A DNA stretch of 64,000 bases from Azolla caroliniana. Its lineage: Eukaryota > Plantae > Polypodiophyta. Both the position numbers and the translations under genes were made by a program. How positions within the stretch are numbered: the stretch's first letter is position 1; each line of letters starts with the position of its first letter. The notes under the pieces are model-generated. The model was not told the origin of the DNA. It did no database searches and worked only from the letters and a program-made list of their open reading frames with translations. The stretch covers positions 19,282,001 to 19,346,000 of the forward strand of contig JBHGNT010000013.1 in NCBI GenBank assembly GCA_043228905.1. Reading direction: 5' to 3'. This document shows positions 37,801-51,885 of this stretch, piece by piece.

Positions 37801-39085
37801 GGAGGTTCGACCTTATTGCGCCGAACCGAGGTGCTAAGACATTGAGGCATATCTACACCATTTCATCACACAGTTCCTTGATCTTTAAGGTGTAGTTGCC
37901 GATTGACATGTCCCTCTGTTGAATATTGTTTAACTCTTGAGAAAGTTGAAGCTTACGTGCAGTCGTGTTGGCCACGAAAATCCGAGTCTTGAGGTTCCCC
38001 CATGCCTCCTTTGATGTTTTGGCCTCTCAGATGTAGCCGAGCATGTGATCATGAACGCATGATGCAAGACAATAACACACAGCTCGTAGCGTGCTTCCAT
38101 GCTGGGTTGTCAACGTGTGTTAGGTTGGGTTGTGTTTCTTGTGCTCCCTTGATATAATTCCAATAGCCTTGGACAACAAGGTATTGGTGCATCTTGTACT
38201 CCCAAGATGCAAAGTTATTCCTGTCGAGTTTCTCAATGGGAAGAGTGCTTCCTATCTGAGTGTTCATGTGGAGATTACTTGTTTGGAGCGAATTTTTCTT
38301 CTTTTTCTTCTCTATGATGCAAGTTGTGCAGGTTGCTGCTACAATGATCCGTCAGTTCTTCGTGAACGCAGGCTAAGGCATAACACACGTGGAGGTGATG
38401 GACTCGGATCAAGCTACCAATTGCTCTGATAACATGTAAAGAATTGGATATGATTTTGTGCAGCGGAAGAGATATGTGTGCTCACGTGTGTGTTTACATG
38501 TTTACGTGTGTGTGTGTGTGTGTGTGTAGCTGAGAGAGAGAGAGAGAGAGAGAGAGCCGAGATGGATGTAGCTCAATTGGTAAGGTTGCCCAATGGAGAT
38601 TGGGTGGTCATGGGTTCAACCCCTACATTCCACAGTGGCATCTAGTGAAATAGAGATATATATGAAGTATATAATAGAGAGGTGAGAAAATTGGGTTTCG
38701 AACCCGAGACGCAGTGCTTCTAATGCTATCAACTTACCACGAGGGTAAGCTAATTACGATAAAAAAAAGAGAAAGAGAGAGACTGAGAAATAGAGTTATA
38801 CAATACAGAGAACAAGAAAAATTGTATTAACAAGAATAAGACAACCAACAACTCTTACAAGGAGGAGGAGAAAGGTGCTTATGTAGCCACCTTCTCTCTA
38901 GGTTCTCTTTCTACAATCACCACTTCCTAAAGAGAGGTGGAGACTTAGCTACACTAAATATGTGTCATAGAACTTTTAAAGTTCTATGACACACTAGTTA
39001 CTATATTTAGGAGGTGGGGTGTTCACACACTTGAATATGCTAAGGTGTGTTCCCAAACAAGGGAAGTTGAGTTTGATTCTCAACA
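34810..39085 (-). mobile_element. Copia element E, 3'-truncated and degenerate
   Basis: 5' LTR 38435-39085, mutated PBS gctctgataaca 38423-38434, gag from 38267, integrase HLDVWGP, RT HQMDVKNAFLQG / IYVDDL, RNase H KRSTSGFVF. No 3' LTR seen. Confidence 0.9.
38557..38768 (+). mobile_element. tRNA-derived SINE inserted in the (GA)n tract of the copia E LTR
   Basis: A box TAGCTCAATTGG (38569-38580), B box GGTTCAACCCC (~38613-38623), acceptor-like pairing ggatgtag/ctacattcc, A8 tail 38761-38768, GA repeats on both sides. No such insert in the related LTR at 5094-5495. Confidence 0.7.
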
Positions 39086-40099
39086 TAGACATTCTCTTTA
39101 TTTATATTGGCACCATCATGTAGTAGAAAGAATTGTACTTCCTTGCAAAAGGAGTTGTTATTGTCTTCTCAAATATTATGTTGGCATGGGGAGGAAAGAT
39201 TATACTTTTAGTCTAATCACTTGTTTCAACTGGGATCAAAAGAGTTGGGGATGACGTTGAGGCTTGAGCTTCAAAGATTTTTAGACTGCGTAGAAGCGCA
39301 ATTATTATTACGCATATTTTCGCCCAATTATGGGTTTATCTAGCCAAAACAACAAAGTATATTAATGCAAAGTTCTTATACAAACCAAAGAGAAACCATC
39401 GGTTTATTGGCATTGACTGGGTCAAACTCAACTTTTACAATGACTAATTATCTATTTTACTATTGTTGCTTTGAGTCTTTGTGATGACTACCGTCTAGAG
39501 TTGAACACGAATGGAAGGAACTCTATAGATTGTGGATATTTGCAGATCTTAAAACATAGTTGACATTTTAGATTTCCACTTCTTGCAAAGTTCTTCATTT
39601 GGATACTAGATTAGGGGTTCAGGATTAGGATTAACGCTAAAGAGATATGGACTACCGATATTCAATTGCTTCTTTTGAAATGTTCAAGTGGGAAAGAACG
39701 AAAGTTAGATATTGAAGTTGTCTCCATAAGAAAAAATAGATTCCTTATCAAAGCTCTCAGTCTCGTCTTTGGATATATCTGCGCTAGGGAGTGAATCCCT
39801 CACTAGCAGACCCTCCATCTGCCCAAAACCACGGGATGCTTTTGCTCCCTCCTTGAACCTAAAATCGTACTTATTGTTTCATAGAGTGGTGGATTTCTTG
39901 TCTATTTTGGGATTACATTTCTTAGATTTGGCAAGTTTTTTCATGTTGTTATTTAATGTTAGGACAATGGGTATTTGTGCAATTATTTACAAAGCTTGAT
40001 CCACGATCAAAGATAAGATCCTTTTCCTCCCTATGAGATATAGTTATAGTGTTTTTGCACACGTGTGTATTGGTGTAATTGTGTGTTTTATGTACCGAG

Positions 40100-41472
40100 A
40101 ACATATTAAGGAGATAGTTGATGAAATGAAGTGAGTTAGTAAAGCCAAGTTGAAATTTCAAGAAGATCAATTAGTAAACTTTAAATGGTTTTAAGGGGAT
40201 TTGGAAACAAGACTTCTTCTTTGGTGTAGTTATGCTAAGAGTGATCCTCCTTGATCTAGTTCATCATTTGGTAGAATATGTGCCAAGATTTTAAGACTTA
40301 TGCACTTGAGATCATGTGAAAAACGTTCCTATTCAAGAATGAGATAATAAGAATGGTCTTCAAAGACATGTGCATATGTTATGATGAAAGGAGGATTTGG
40401 CATTTCAAAAGCTTGAAACCCTTTTTAGATTATTAAGGAAGTGTGGTGTGAACGGTCTTCTTCATATGTACCATGGCAATGTGGTACACACAGTGCAGCA
40501 AGCTTTGTTCTCAAAATTAGAAAGGCTCTTTAAGTTTAGAGTTATGATAAGGTGAGGAAAGCTCTTGGTTGACCTATGCCATATCATACCATTGATGTGA
40601 TTGTTACCAAGCGCTTGATGCCCCATGTCACCGTCAAGTAAGTAAAAATGTCTACTTTGGGTAGCTCAAAGTGAAGGATGGTACAATAAATTAATGCATT
40701 TTGAAACTCTAGAATGAGTGGAACTTAGATAATGGAAGTATGATGGGATTTGGAAGTGATGGAGCAACTCTACAAACGTTGTTACTAGATTGTTGCAATC
40801 ACATAATCCTTTTGTGAGTTCATTACAAAGTTGTGCATGTAGAACTATCTTGTGCTTGCATAAAACCTTAAAGAATATTGAAATAAAAGAAACGTTTAAG
40901 ATGCTAGATGCACTTACACCAAAACGCAAGATATATTAGAATACACATATTTGCATGTCCTTGGGATTGTGAAGACGTGATTTGATGGCCTAGTCGTTAT
41001 GGTGGTATTGTGAGGGTATGTGATCTATGTGACCCATTCATGAAGACGTTGTACTCACAAAGTGATTCATATAAAATAATTTGATGCTTAGAGAACTTTT
41101 CATTTCCTTGTGAGTATATTTAAGTTTATACCCTCTTTGGGAATGTGCTTCCAAAATGATTTTGTAGATGTGACTGCAATTGGAGATTTGGTCATGCTTC
41201 CTATTGAGAATATAGACGCCATATTCTTATTCATCTCACTGGTTTTCCAAGGATAGTAATAGATATCTCATTAATCATGATTATAATTTATCATATAGCG
41301 AAAAGAATGCTTTCAACTTTATAAGCTAGAGTAAAAGTTGATAAGATCAATGTTGATGTTGAGAACCTAATTGAAGCAATCAAGTTGCAAACAATGCTTG
41401 CTACAACATTAATAGGAACCGTAAAGAGAAGAAGTCAAAATCACTTGGCTCTTGCTTCTATGAAAATGTTAT

Positions 41473-41505
<33 letters not shown>

Positions 41506-41950
41506 CTAAATTAGGGTCTAGAGTATTGCACCATGAAAGTCTAGGGTTAAATGAGTTGAAAGCAGTTGGAAAATTTTATGACGTTAAAGATATGATAGGT
41601 GGGAAATTGTTTCATCCTATGAATGGTAAATGAAATTTTATATGATGAATATGCAAGCTCCTATCAAATGTTGTGGAAGAGACCTTATGAATGTCTCAAG
41701 TATGATCAATTTTAATTAGAGATTTGGAAAACAAAAGCTCCATGATATTCTAGAGCTTTCATTGATATGGTTAATTCAATGTTCATTTGCAACAACATGT
41801 TAAGAGAGGCTTTAGCCGCTTTAATGTAATAAATTGTTATTTAAGAAATAGGCTAAAGAGCAATGCGATGAGTGTACTTATTCAATTATAAATTGAGGAA
41901 CTTTAGCTAGACGAACATTCCTATGGTGTCAATGTTTTCTTATCGTGAGA
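40100..41950 (+). pseudogene. Highly decayed hAT (ZNF862-like) transposase
   Basis: gagaggctttagccgctttaatgtaataaattgttatttaagaaataggcta (~41803-41855) reads RGFSRFNVINCYLRNRL, the hAT dimerisation motif. Boundaries approximate. Confidence 0.5.
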
Positions 41951-44900
41951 AAGTAAAGCATATTGTCATAAATTCATGAGAATCATATTATATGTTCGAC
42001 TACATCAATATAGAGATTTTGTACCTTTAAATGACCAAGATTGGTTATTCATAACACTACATTAACATCTAAGATTGAAACTTTGTAGATGGACACTATA
42101 AGGAAACATCAAATAAGATGAATTATTATTATTATTGCATGCACTTCATGAGTGTGGTCTAATATTGTGGGATGTGTATATCATGGATTCATTTTGAGAA
42201 TTTTGAATTTGAAATTGGATTTTATAAGAAATGCTTGGTCAACAATGACCATCAAATTTGGGCACTAGCTAGAGGTTCTTATAGATGTTTTCAAAACCCT
42301 ATCATATGATGGTAATTAGAAAAATATCTTAGCTAGTTAGAGGAATCTTAAACATTAAGGATCTCCAAATTTGGAATTATGATTGCTTATTTTGTATTGG
42401 TCAAGAGACAATCATTTGTGAGCATTCAACATGGATAAACCTATGGAAATAGTCTTATGCTTATTCTAATCATTCTTATTGACTAATAGAGGTAATGTGA
42501 ACTCTTTTGAAGAAAACATTTGGAAACGTGTGGGCTTAACACATCAATGGTGCTCGATCAACGTATGATCATGTGTAATATATACAAACATTTTATCATA
42601 AAAAATCTAGACAATTATGCTCCTTTATCTAATCATACAAACATAAAGAAAAGTATTAGGTTAATCATAGCTTCTTACTTGTGGTTCGAAGTACGACACA
42701 CTTGGTACTTGAAAGATAATTAAAGTTTATAAATGAATCTCCACATATTCAGGTTTCAAGCTATAGTGAATTGGAAAATCCTAACCAAAGGTGAGAACCT
42801 ATATAATAACAAGAAGAACAAAAGATCTCATCATAGGGAGTTGAGAAATGGAAGTATATTTTGTCATTCATGTTGTTTACAATGATGTAAAAGGCTAAAG
42901 ATTGTCCATGTTTTCAAAACAAAAATTGATGTTGCTCTATGGAAAAGTCTACAAGACTTGTGATGTGACTTGAAAGATGACTACATGATTTGGTTAGTTG
43001 GCACTGGGCAGTGGGCACTAACAATCTTTGAATTGTTGGTGGAACCCATGTAGAATTTTTTGGGAAAATCAAGTTTACATACCTTATAGGAGACTTTTAA
43101 AAACAAGTGCAATAAGGGGGATTAAGCTCAAGTCATGCAAATGAATGCCTTTAATTGTAAAGAGAGAGAGAGAGAGAGAATTGAAATTTTGAGCATGAGT
43201 ATTTGAAACATGTGTACATCTAGACAACGAGACAAAATGAGACTCATAAACAGGTGCAAATTACTCTTGTGCATCGAAATCCAATCCTTACTTTGATGGA
43301 TCCCCACGGTAGGAGATTGAGACATATATTGCAATGCATTTCAATGTTAGAAAAGAGCCTAAAAAAAGGTGATGAGTTGGTAAATGTTAAAAGCCCTAAA
43401 GATATGACTAGGATAGAAGGTACATGATTCCGAGGTAATAAAAAAAGGTGTATCACATAATAATAGACCATAAATGGGATGGGTGTTCCGACTTTCCTGA
43501 CTTACTAGACCATAAATAGGATGGATGTTCCAACTTTTGTTACTTACTACAACGAAGACGACAGTTAATAGAGAAAAGTGAAGCAAAAGCATCACTCATC
43601 AACAACTTTAGAGTGCAATGATGTGATGGATGGCTTATATCATTGATAGTTAACTACATGCCCCCACCACCTCCGGCCAACCAACTCGCCCATAATGAGT
43701 GATCATTGATCATTACTCCTCTCCCTTTCTATATTCGATAATATGAGACAAGAAAGGTTCAAATCAATCTTGAAGGGTCACGCCTTTTCGCTTTGAGTAA
43801 CACAAGTGACTTTATCGTTTCTTTTTGGAAATCATAATCTCGAAATTCCTTCCTAAGTAGAAAACACCTAAATATGATTATATGTACAGAAATGATAGAA
43901 AATAAGGCTTGCTCGTTCGCTTTCAAAATGTGCTAACAAATTCCTTGACCTCATGGATTGAAGATTACTAGATTAATTGTAGGTTCCCCCCTCACTCTCT
44001 AATTTAAATATGAATGGTAACAAATAAAGGCTTTCACCATGCACATTTATTACAATGTATCATTGAATTCAGGATGACAAAGGATTCTATGGGAAATAAT
44101 CCATTTAAATATCAAAATTATTGTAGTGCAAAGCTTATTTTAATGAGTCACATTGTAATAAGAAGCAAGTTATTGCAAGATATCGTCGAGTTTTTCATTA
44201 TTGCCCTAATGCCTCCAAAAAACCCTTGGAGAAGCAATTACATGTTTTATTTTGAGAAAATCTTGGGTTAATCAACTCATCTCCTTCTTTTGAATTATAT
44301 GCACTTCATGAAGGGTGTTTTAGGAAATAAGAAAAATCCTCAAAGGGCAGCTTGGCAAATAAAGGAAAATGCAGAAGTGTTTTCAAAGTTTTTTGCTAAC
44401 AAAGATGTCCAAATACGAAGGGAAGAGAAATTCATAGATTTCAGTGCATCTATTTCAAGTGAGGAGATGAAATGACTATTTTGACCGAGCATATTTTGGT
44501 ACATTTGGATATAAATAAGCAAGGTGTTTTTCTTTCTATAGCATGTGAACACGTTTATATAGTTTTCCTCTATCATTATTATTATTTTGATGTGAATATA
44601 AGATTATGAGCATGCTGCCTCAATAAGATACTAGTGTTGAACCCTAAGGTACATTCGATTATAAACCATTTTTCGTCATCATCCACATACAAAATGTCAT
44701 ACACTTAGAAGACTTGAAGCCATGACCCCCTCAATGTGTAGCCGAAACTTTAAAAAAATGTGAACATTATCATATGAGAGAAAATACTTTCGAATCACTT
44801 CACATCTTGTATTGTACATGTTCACGTTAGTGTATATAAATGATAGTTCTCCATGTATGAGGTTTTACTTTACAACTCTAAATGTATCAAAACTTGGCAA

Positions 44901-45149
44901 CTTGCTCTCTCTCATTCTCACTCTCTCATACAAGTAGTGTATATATTAAATAGTTCCTTGTTTTCTTGTCCGGGGTCCCTTACGGACATATGAAAGGATT
45001 TGATACAAATAGGGAGTGTAACCCATGTAGAATATTCGGGGGCCATCTTGTGAGGGTGTAATCTCATTCCTCAAGAACATTTATATATCATCTTGTTTTT
45101 CTCTCTAACCTAACAAGAAAAAACAATATAGTCATATCATCTTCATCTT

Positions 45150-47200
45150 CTTTGACATTGCTTATACTTTTCTAAACAATGCATCTAGAAACAAAATGTT
45201 ACTTTTATTAGCTTAATTTCTTTGTAACTTATATGACAACTGAATTTACCAAGATTCTCTATTTAGCTTTAGAATATACATGTAGTATTATGTATAGTCG
45301 TATTTAAAAAATATTGTTGTTATTGGGCATCCACATAAGATGGAACTATCGTGTCCCTTCAGGGATTTGTACATAATCGTCTCATTTGTAAAATTTTATA
45401 ACTAATGGAAGGAGTTTTTTTTGGAAAGAGAAATGTTGTTAACCTTTAATTCCCATTGCCCAATCAAGATTATTCAAAACTCTCCATTCCATGGAAAATA
45501 AATCTCTCTTTTAAATTTAATTTTTTATAATCTTGTTTTCTCTTTCCAACCTTTCTATAATATCTTCTTCTCTTTCTAATGTTCCTATTAGGAAGCTTTT
45601 TAAACATGTTCCTCTTTCTAAACTTAGTAGTCATCTTTCTTATTAAGGTAACATTGCTTAGAACAAGTTGTCTTGCTCTCTTAACCAATACAAGCTCTAC
45701 ATTGTTATAAGTCCTTAAATTATGTATTTATGTTATTGTGTGAATATTCCTTCTTCTGTGCATTTTCTTTAAGTTATGCAAATAACACATAGTAAGTCTA
45801 TGACGTTAACAACCTAGATGAGAAATCCTTTGCATTATGTATTTACAAGTTCCAATCACTATGGATGGGGTGGGGGTAAAACCCCCTTTCCAAACATTTG
45901 CCTCGTTTCTATAGAGCATTTATGCCTTAGAGTACAAATAGGAAAGAATTAATGTAATGGACGATATATTAGGGACATGCCTTGCATCATTCATCTTAGA
46001 AGTATACATGGTATTTGCTCCCGTAATCATGATCTCTAAGGGCTTAAAGATTGTTGGTCTTGATTGTTGATCTGAAACACTTTTGTTGCACTAGCTTTAA
46101 AACATTATTGTTACATAATGGATGTTGACATGGTAAATTTGAGCAATCAATGCTACATTGATGTGAAAAGGGTGATTTCGTGTATGCCATATGCGTGTTG
46201 CCTCTAGCAAGTTATATATGTCTTTCAAGATCTTCTTGGATGTTAACATCTAATCTAGCCACTTTAGGATTTGAAACTAGATACCTTGCAAAACTAAAGT
46301 TACTTGTGATTGTTCCTTTTACTTGGATAGAATATATTTGGAGTTTTATTTTTAAATTAACTCAATAGATGTGCCACCATAATGCACTCCTCTTTAACAA
46401 AACAATTTCCCCATGCAATGCTTTAAGTGAATTTTTGTTTGAGAATGCAATAGACAATAGGATTTTATGGTGCAAAAATATTAAAGACAACTCCCACTTC
46501 CAGCTAGAAATATCTATCCCCATTCTATAAATAATTTAAAACATTGTTGTAGAATACTTAACATACAATACATGTAGTGTAGACGTATGCTAAGTATTCT
46601 AACCTTGTTTTAGACACTTAGAATACCTAATTTACATATAAAATACATTAAATACTTAGAATACGTGTAGAATGCTAAAAATATGTAGAATATTTTGTAA
46701 AATAGTAAATATGTTAAATACTTCTTAAATTTTGAAGTTTTTTTTTCAGAAAAAATAAAGTAAAACTTTTTAAAACTTTTTAGAAATGATAAATACTTGT
46801 TAAATACATAGAATACATGAAAATTTGAAAAATGGCAGTTCTAAAACGTAGAATACGTGTAGAATACTTCAGAGTATTCTAAAATGTAGAAAACACATTT
46901 TTTAACAACTATGATTTAAAGGACAATTGAGGGTTTTGTAAACAAATTGACCATTGTTGTATGCTAGAAATAATGGATCAACATTTGGTGGGCCTAGTAA
47001 GTTGTCTGGATCAACTGTTACTAGAGCAACTTACATGTGTTCTCATTATGGCCCAACAATTTGTCTCTTCTTATAATCTGAACTATAAAATAAAGTAAAA
47101 CATGGGTTGGATCCTAGCTACAATTTAAAATATTCGTTCACATTTATTTGGGGGAATTTTAAAGGTTCTTACATGGCGAGCTACAAGAATAACTCAATTC
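45150..47200 (-). pseudogene. Possible decayed hAT (DUF659-type) transposase
   Basis: Only scattered motif-like fragments on the minus strand. Weak. Confidence 0.3.
46542..46913. mobile_element. hAT-type MITE
   Basis: Imperfect TIR cattgttgta / taacaactatg, 8-bp TSD atttaaaa / atttaaag, many internal tagaatac/taaatac repeats. Confidence 0.7.
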
Positions 47201-48915
47201 ACGATGAGATACGTATATTATGATTTCAGTTTTCTTGCTATTATTGTATACATTTTTGCAATAGCTCATTTATTGTGCTTATTTGTGTTGTCTTAGTATC
47301 ATGATAACCAATGAAACTAATATTATATTTAGGTTTTGCACGTGTGGATAATGTAATCCATACATTTTGTATGGCATTGTACTCACAAAGTTTCCTTCTT
47401 TAATATAAATTTTCATGTATAGTTGGACCAAGGGCATTAACTTGTTTTAAGATTTCAGCACATGTGTGTATCATGTATGTAGCTTGTGTTTTTGAAATAT
47501 AGTATTTCAATTATATTTTAAACTTTCTTGTTGTGTTTTACATTGATAACTAGGTTTTTCTGGAATAGCTAATAAAAACACTCACCTCTTACTTACCACA
47601 CAAGTTGTCTCATTTTTCACGCAAACTTTTTGTTCTCTACATTTTCACATCAACTTCATATGTTTGACCTACCATACGTGGCCATTTCTTGCCATGTTAG
47701 TAGTTTGGTAAGGGTCTGTCATCATTAGGTAGGGATATCGTTAAATATTTGGATTACTTGTCAATCAGCAAATAAATGATTTGGTCACATACAAGTAGAC
47801 ATTAATGAAAACATTTGCTCACCTACAAGTAGATGCTCGATGAGCAACAATCAGATATACCAATAAAAAGAGCAAACTTATACTAACCATTGTCATAATC
47901 ACTTTGATTTCATCAAATTAAATTATAATAACTTCATCATCCCTATTTTAAAATTTTGCTTTTAAGCTCCATTTTGGTAGATTATTGGCAATCATTCTCA
48001 TCTAGATGTGTATATTTGATTCAAGACTATGGATAATGTTCGTCTCCTATTGTGGAATGACATTTTAATTGGGGTCCATCGCGCAGTTAGGTACTGGAGC
48101 AATGTCAAAGTTTTGGGTGCCTTAATTTGCAAGACAAAGATACTTAAATTGGTAGCTAAAACTAGATGCTCTAAAAACATTTGGACATTTAAAACAATTA
48201 TTTAATTCTTGACAAGTAGGTGCAAAATCTATCGTGAACCCACCTCTCAATCTCACTAACAAGTCCTTAGATTGCCAAGCTCACTTCATCACCTCCTCTT
48301 TTCAACTCTTCAATTTTTTATTTTAAGACAAACCTAACACTATAAATCCCGTATCTAACACATTTATCGAAATAACTCCCAACTACTCTCTCTTTCAAAG
48401 TATAAATAAGCTTGAAAAGAAGAGTTCAATATTCATTTTGCCACGAAATGGCACATCTTTACAAATACATAATGTTGATTCATTGAAATTGGAATGGTAC
48501 AAATTTTCTTTAAGTCAAAGAAAATGTTGAATTGACGGTCCCAAATTCATGCGCACCAACGTCCTTGTTGGAAACCTTTGTTTTTGAGGTTTTATGCATT
48601 TAATAGTTTCCATGCATACACTCATATAGAAACACACACATCCATAAATTTCAAGTTGATGGTTGACATGTATTGACTTTATCATCAACATTAGAAGTTT
48701 TAGACGTAAACATATTCTCATCATACAACACACATAAGTGCAATGATTATATATTGACAAAGTAACCCCTCATTATATAACACACATAAATGCAATGATC
48801 ATGTTGTGGACTATATGTTTTAATCCTCTAGCTTCCAAACAATTTGTCACTTTCTTTATGATGCAAGTTCTATGAATGGGCTCGTCTAAATAATAGTTAG
48901 CCTTACAAAAAATCG

Positions 48916-49028
48916 ATGCACTAGGGTATTATTAGAGTTAAGGGGTAGATGTATCACATAAATATATTCTAACTCTAGATTCATACTATTATGGATCTAC
49001 CCCTTAGCTCTAATGCTATCCGAGTGTA
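48916..49028 (+). other. Imperfect fold-back (miRNA-precursor-like or tiny MITE)
   Basis: Arms attagagttaaggggtagat (48931-48950) and atctaccccttagctctaat (48995-49014), extendable outward by ~15 nt. Confidence 0.55.
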
Positions 49029-51419
49029 TACATACATGCATGTATATACATGCTTTAAAAACTATTTCTCATTTTCTAGGTTCAGTGACTAGCCTGAAAA
49101 TGACATGATCTATCCCCACTAGTATAGTTTGTACACAAAGACAAGGTAATTGTCGCCTATTTTGTTAATGATGGGATTTTGTTATGGTTCCAAGTGTTCA
49201 TGAGAATACATAGTTTCTCACAACAAACACAATACAACAAGATTTTGATCAAGTCAGTCAATTACAATATGCGAATTGAAACTTAATTAGCCAAAACTCT
49301 CTATAGATGAAGATCTTTTATACACAAATTAGGAGTGTGTGCATGGTAGTTCAATATAATTATGGATTTGGGACTATTTGCAAGATGAATCACAACAACA
49401 ATGTTTATGGGGCTTCCTTGAGTCGCAATTAGTATGGAAACTTTTTCTAAGAATCTTTACAAACTACTTTCCACCATTGATATTCACATAGGGAATGGTA
49501 GTTTGGACATCACTTGTTCGCTTTGAGATCCATTATGATAAGGAGTCCTTGGACCGTGCTTTCAACACTTGGTTTGGGATGATTTGTTAGTATTTGTGGC
49601 CAAATGGACCCTGTATGCCAAATGTTATTATTTTTAATACAATGTGAAAGCCTCAAACTTATATGTATTTACATATCAATACTCACTTTTTAAATTGAGA
49701 AAAGAAAAAAAAACGGGGAAATTCTTCTTCTTTTTTCAAAAAAAACACTACTTCGCATTAGTTAGCAAACAAATTACATCATAGATCACCAAAAATTCCT
49801 CTCATCAACCCTCACTCTGGCTTTCCCACCAAAGTGGACATAGTCCCCACCTCATTTTCAACAAAAGTATCCAAATAACTCCTATAACCTAGTAATTTGT
49901 ACTGGCATATCTATACATATTACAACACCTAGTCACTGATGGAAACCATTGGGGGAAACAACCATCGGGGTGCTTGGTAGTTCCATTGAGGCCATGATGA
50001 TGATCTGCCCACCATAGGAGAGAGAGTAGAACAGAATTTTGGACAACTGATACTCTTCATCTTGCCCTTCTCCATCACCTCTTTTGTATACATCGACTAA
50101 ACACTAACATTTTTTTATATTACTACATCACTAGCCACATGCTGCGAGTCTTTGGCGATCTTTTGTGCCTTGTTAGTTGGGTAAGTCATTAGTTGGTGTA
50201 CGAATTTGATACATGATAGCGAATTGTTTTTGGACTTGGTTCTGTGATTTTTTTATCAATCCTTGACGGTTTTCCATGTTAAAATTTTGTGATGTATCAT
50301 GCATAAATTTTGGTGTATTGTGTTTTTCTTGAATGATTTGCACAATATATTTAGGAAGATGGAAGGAGATGCAAACATTATGGGAATTACTTATTACCAC
50401 AATATGTTACATTTGGAAGGCTCGATGCTCCTCCATTTTTCATCAAGTTACGATCTCCAATTGAAGCGGTGCATAATATTTTGTTCAACACCTCTAGTTT
50501 ATAATTCTTTGGAAAGATATTCAAGTTCTTTGGTAGCTGTTTTTGGCATTTTCAGCCACCAAGATGGTTATTCCTTCCACCTATCACTTGAGAATCACAA
50601 CTCTATGTATGTTTTTCTATATTAATGAATGGATATCTTATATATAAAAAAATTATAGCTTTAGGACAAATTACATACTTCAAAATCCTAGAAAAGCTAA
50701 AACAATGAATCTTCAAACAAAGGGAGTGGTGTCAAAGGTGCATACATGAATTGCCAAAGGCAAAGTCGACTTAATGTTCTCGATCACCACCTTTTTCTTT
50801 AACACCCTTAACCATGCTACAATGGATCAATATTTTGGTGCATGCTCGTCTAATTCCCAAAGCTTAATGCACCCAAGGTGTAATTGACCCCCCTATTTAA
50901 GAAGTCGTGAAGTTCTTGCTTGACATGGAGTTGATCATGCTTAGTGAACTAACACTCATATGAGAATGGAGGTAGAGCATGGTGTCAGTTATCTCTCTTC
51001 TAGAATGTTCTCTTCTAAGAGATTGAACTTTGACAAGCCCATCTCTCTCCCCTAATCCTAGTTGAGTTTCATTATATACCATTTCTAGTGAGAGTTCAAA
51101 TCCATGCTACAATCAACTAATATTACCTTATGATAGCTATCAATCTATTCCTCTCTTTGCATATCTAGGGAGAACACATGTTCAAATATTTTAAGCTCAA
51201 ATGTACTCCTAGATGTTGTGGAATCCCAACCATTGGTGCTCTTGTGCCTATCATGCGAGGCTCTCTATGTTTTGGGAACTTTAGGGTCAATTAGAGGTGT
51301 GGGGCGTGGACTAGGAAGTATCCCGAGTCATCTAGTATACCAAGTGTTTGTTAGAATTTCCTTATATATAGTGGTCATTTGCGTGAGTTGCTACAATATG
51401 ATTGCTTAATATTGATGAA

Positions 51420-51885
51420 TTGTCGAAATATCTTAAAGCCACAAGTACTTAGAAATGCCTAATCATCAAAGTCTAGGGATAATGGTAATTGGTCGAAATC
51501 ATGAGTCGTCGGAAACTCTTAACTTCGATGATTGCTAGGAAATGACAAGTTGTTGCATTGTAAAGATAACAACAATAATTTGATTGAAAAGACAAATCAT
51601 TGAAATCTCTTAACGTTAGAGATTGATTGGAAATGCAAATTTTTGAAGTCTAGAGATGGCAACAATGTGTCAAAAAGACGAATGATTGAAATCTCTTAAC
51701 TTCAGTTACTATTTGGAAATGGTGACTTGTCAAAACCTTTTGTCAACTATCTTAAACATTATGAGGAAAGACCTTTTTCTTCAACTATCTTAAATATGAT
51801 GGCAACAACAAGTGGTTTAAATGACAAATGATTGAAATATCTTAACGTCAGTTACTACTTGGAAGTGATGACTTGTCAAAATCTT
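51420..51885. repeat. Degenerate repeat of gaaatctcttaac...ggaaatg units
   Basis: About five diverged copies, first four spaced ~85-90 bp. Confidence 0.6.

Noticed and set aside
38562-38632. Functional tRNA gene
   Set aside because: No canonical 7-nt anticodon loop and no T-run terminator after it. It is followed by a body and A-tail, so treated as a SINE head
49700-50800. Further decayed DNA-transposon coding remnants
   Set aside because: Coding-like texture, but no motif I could identify with confidence
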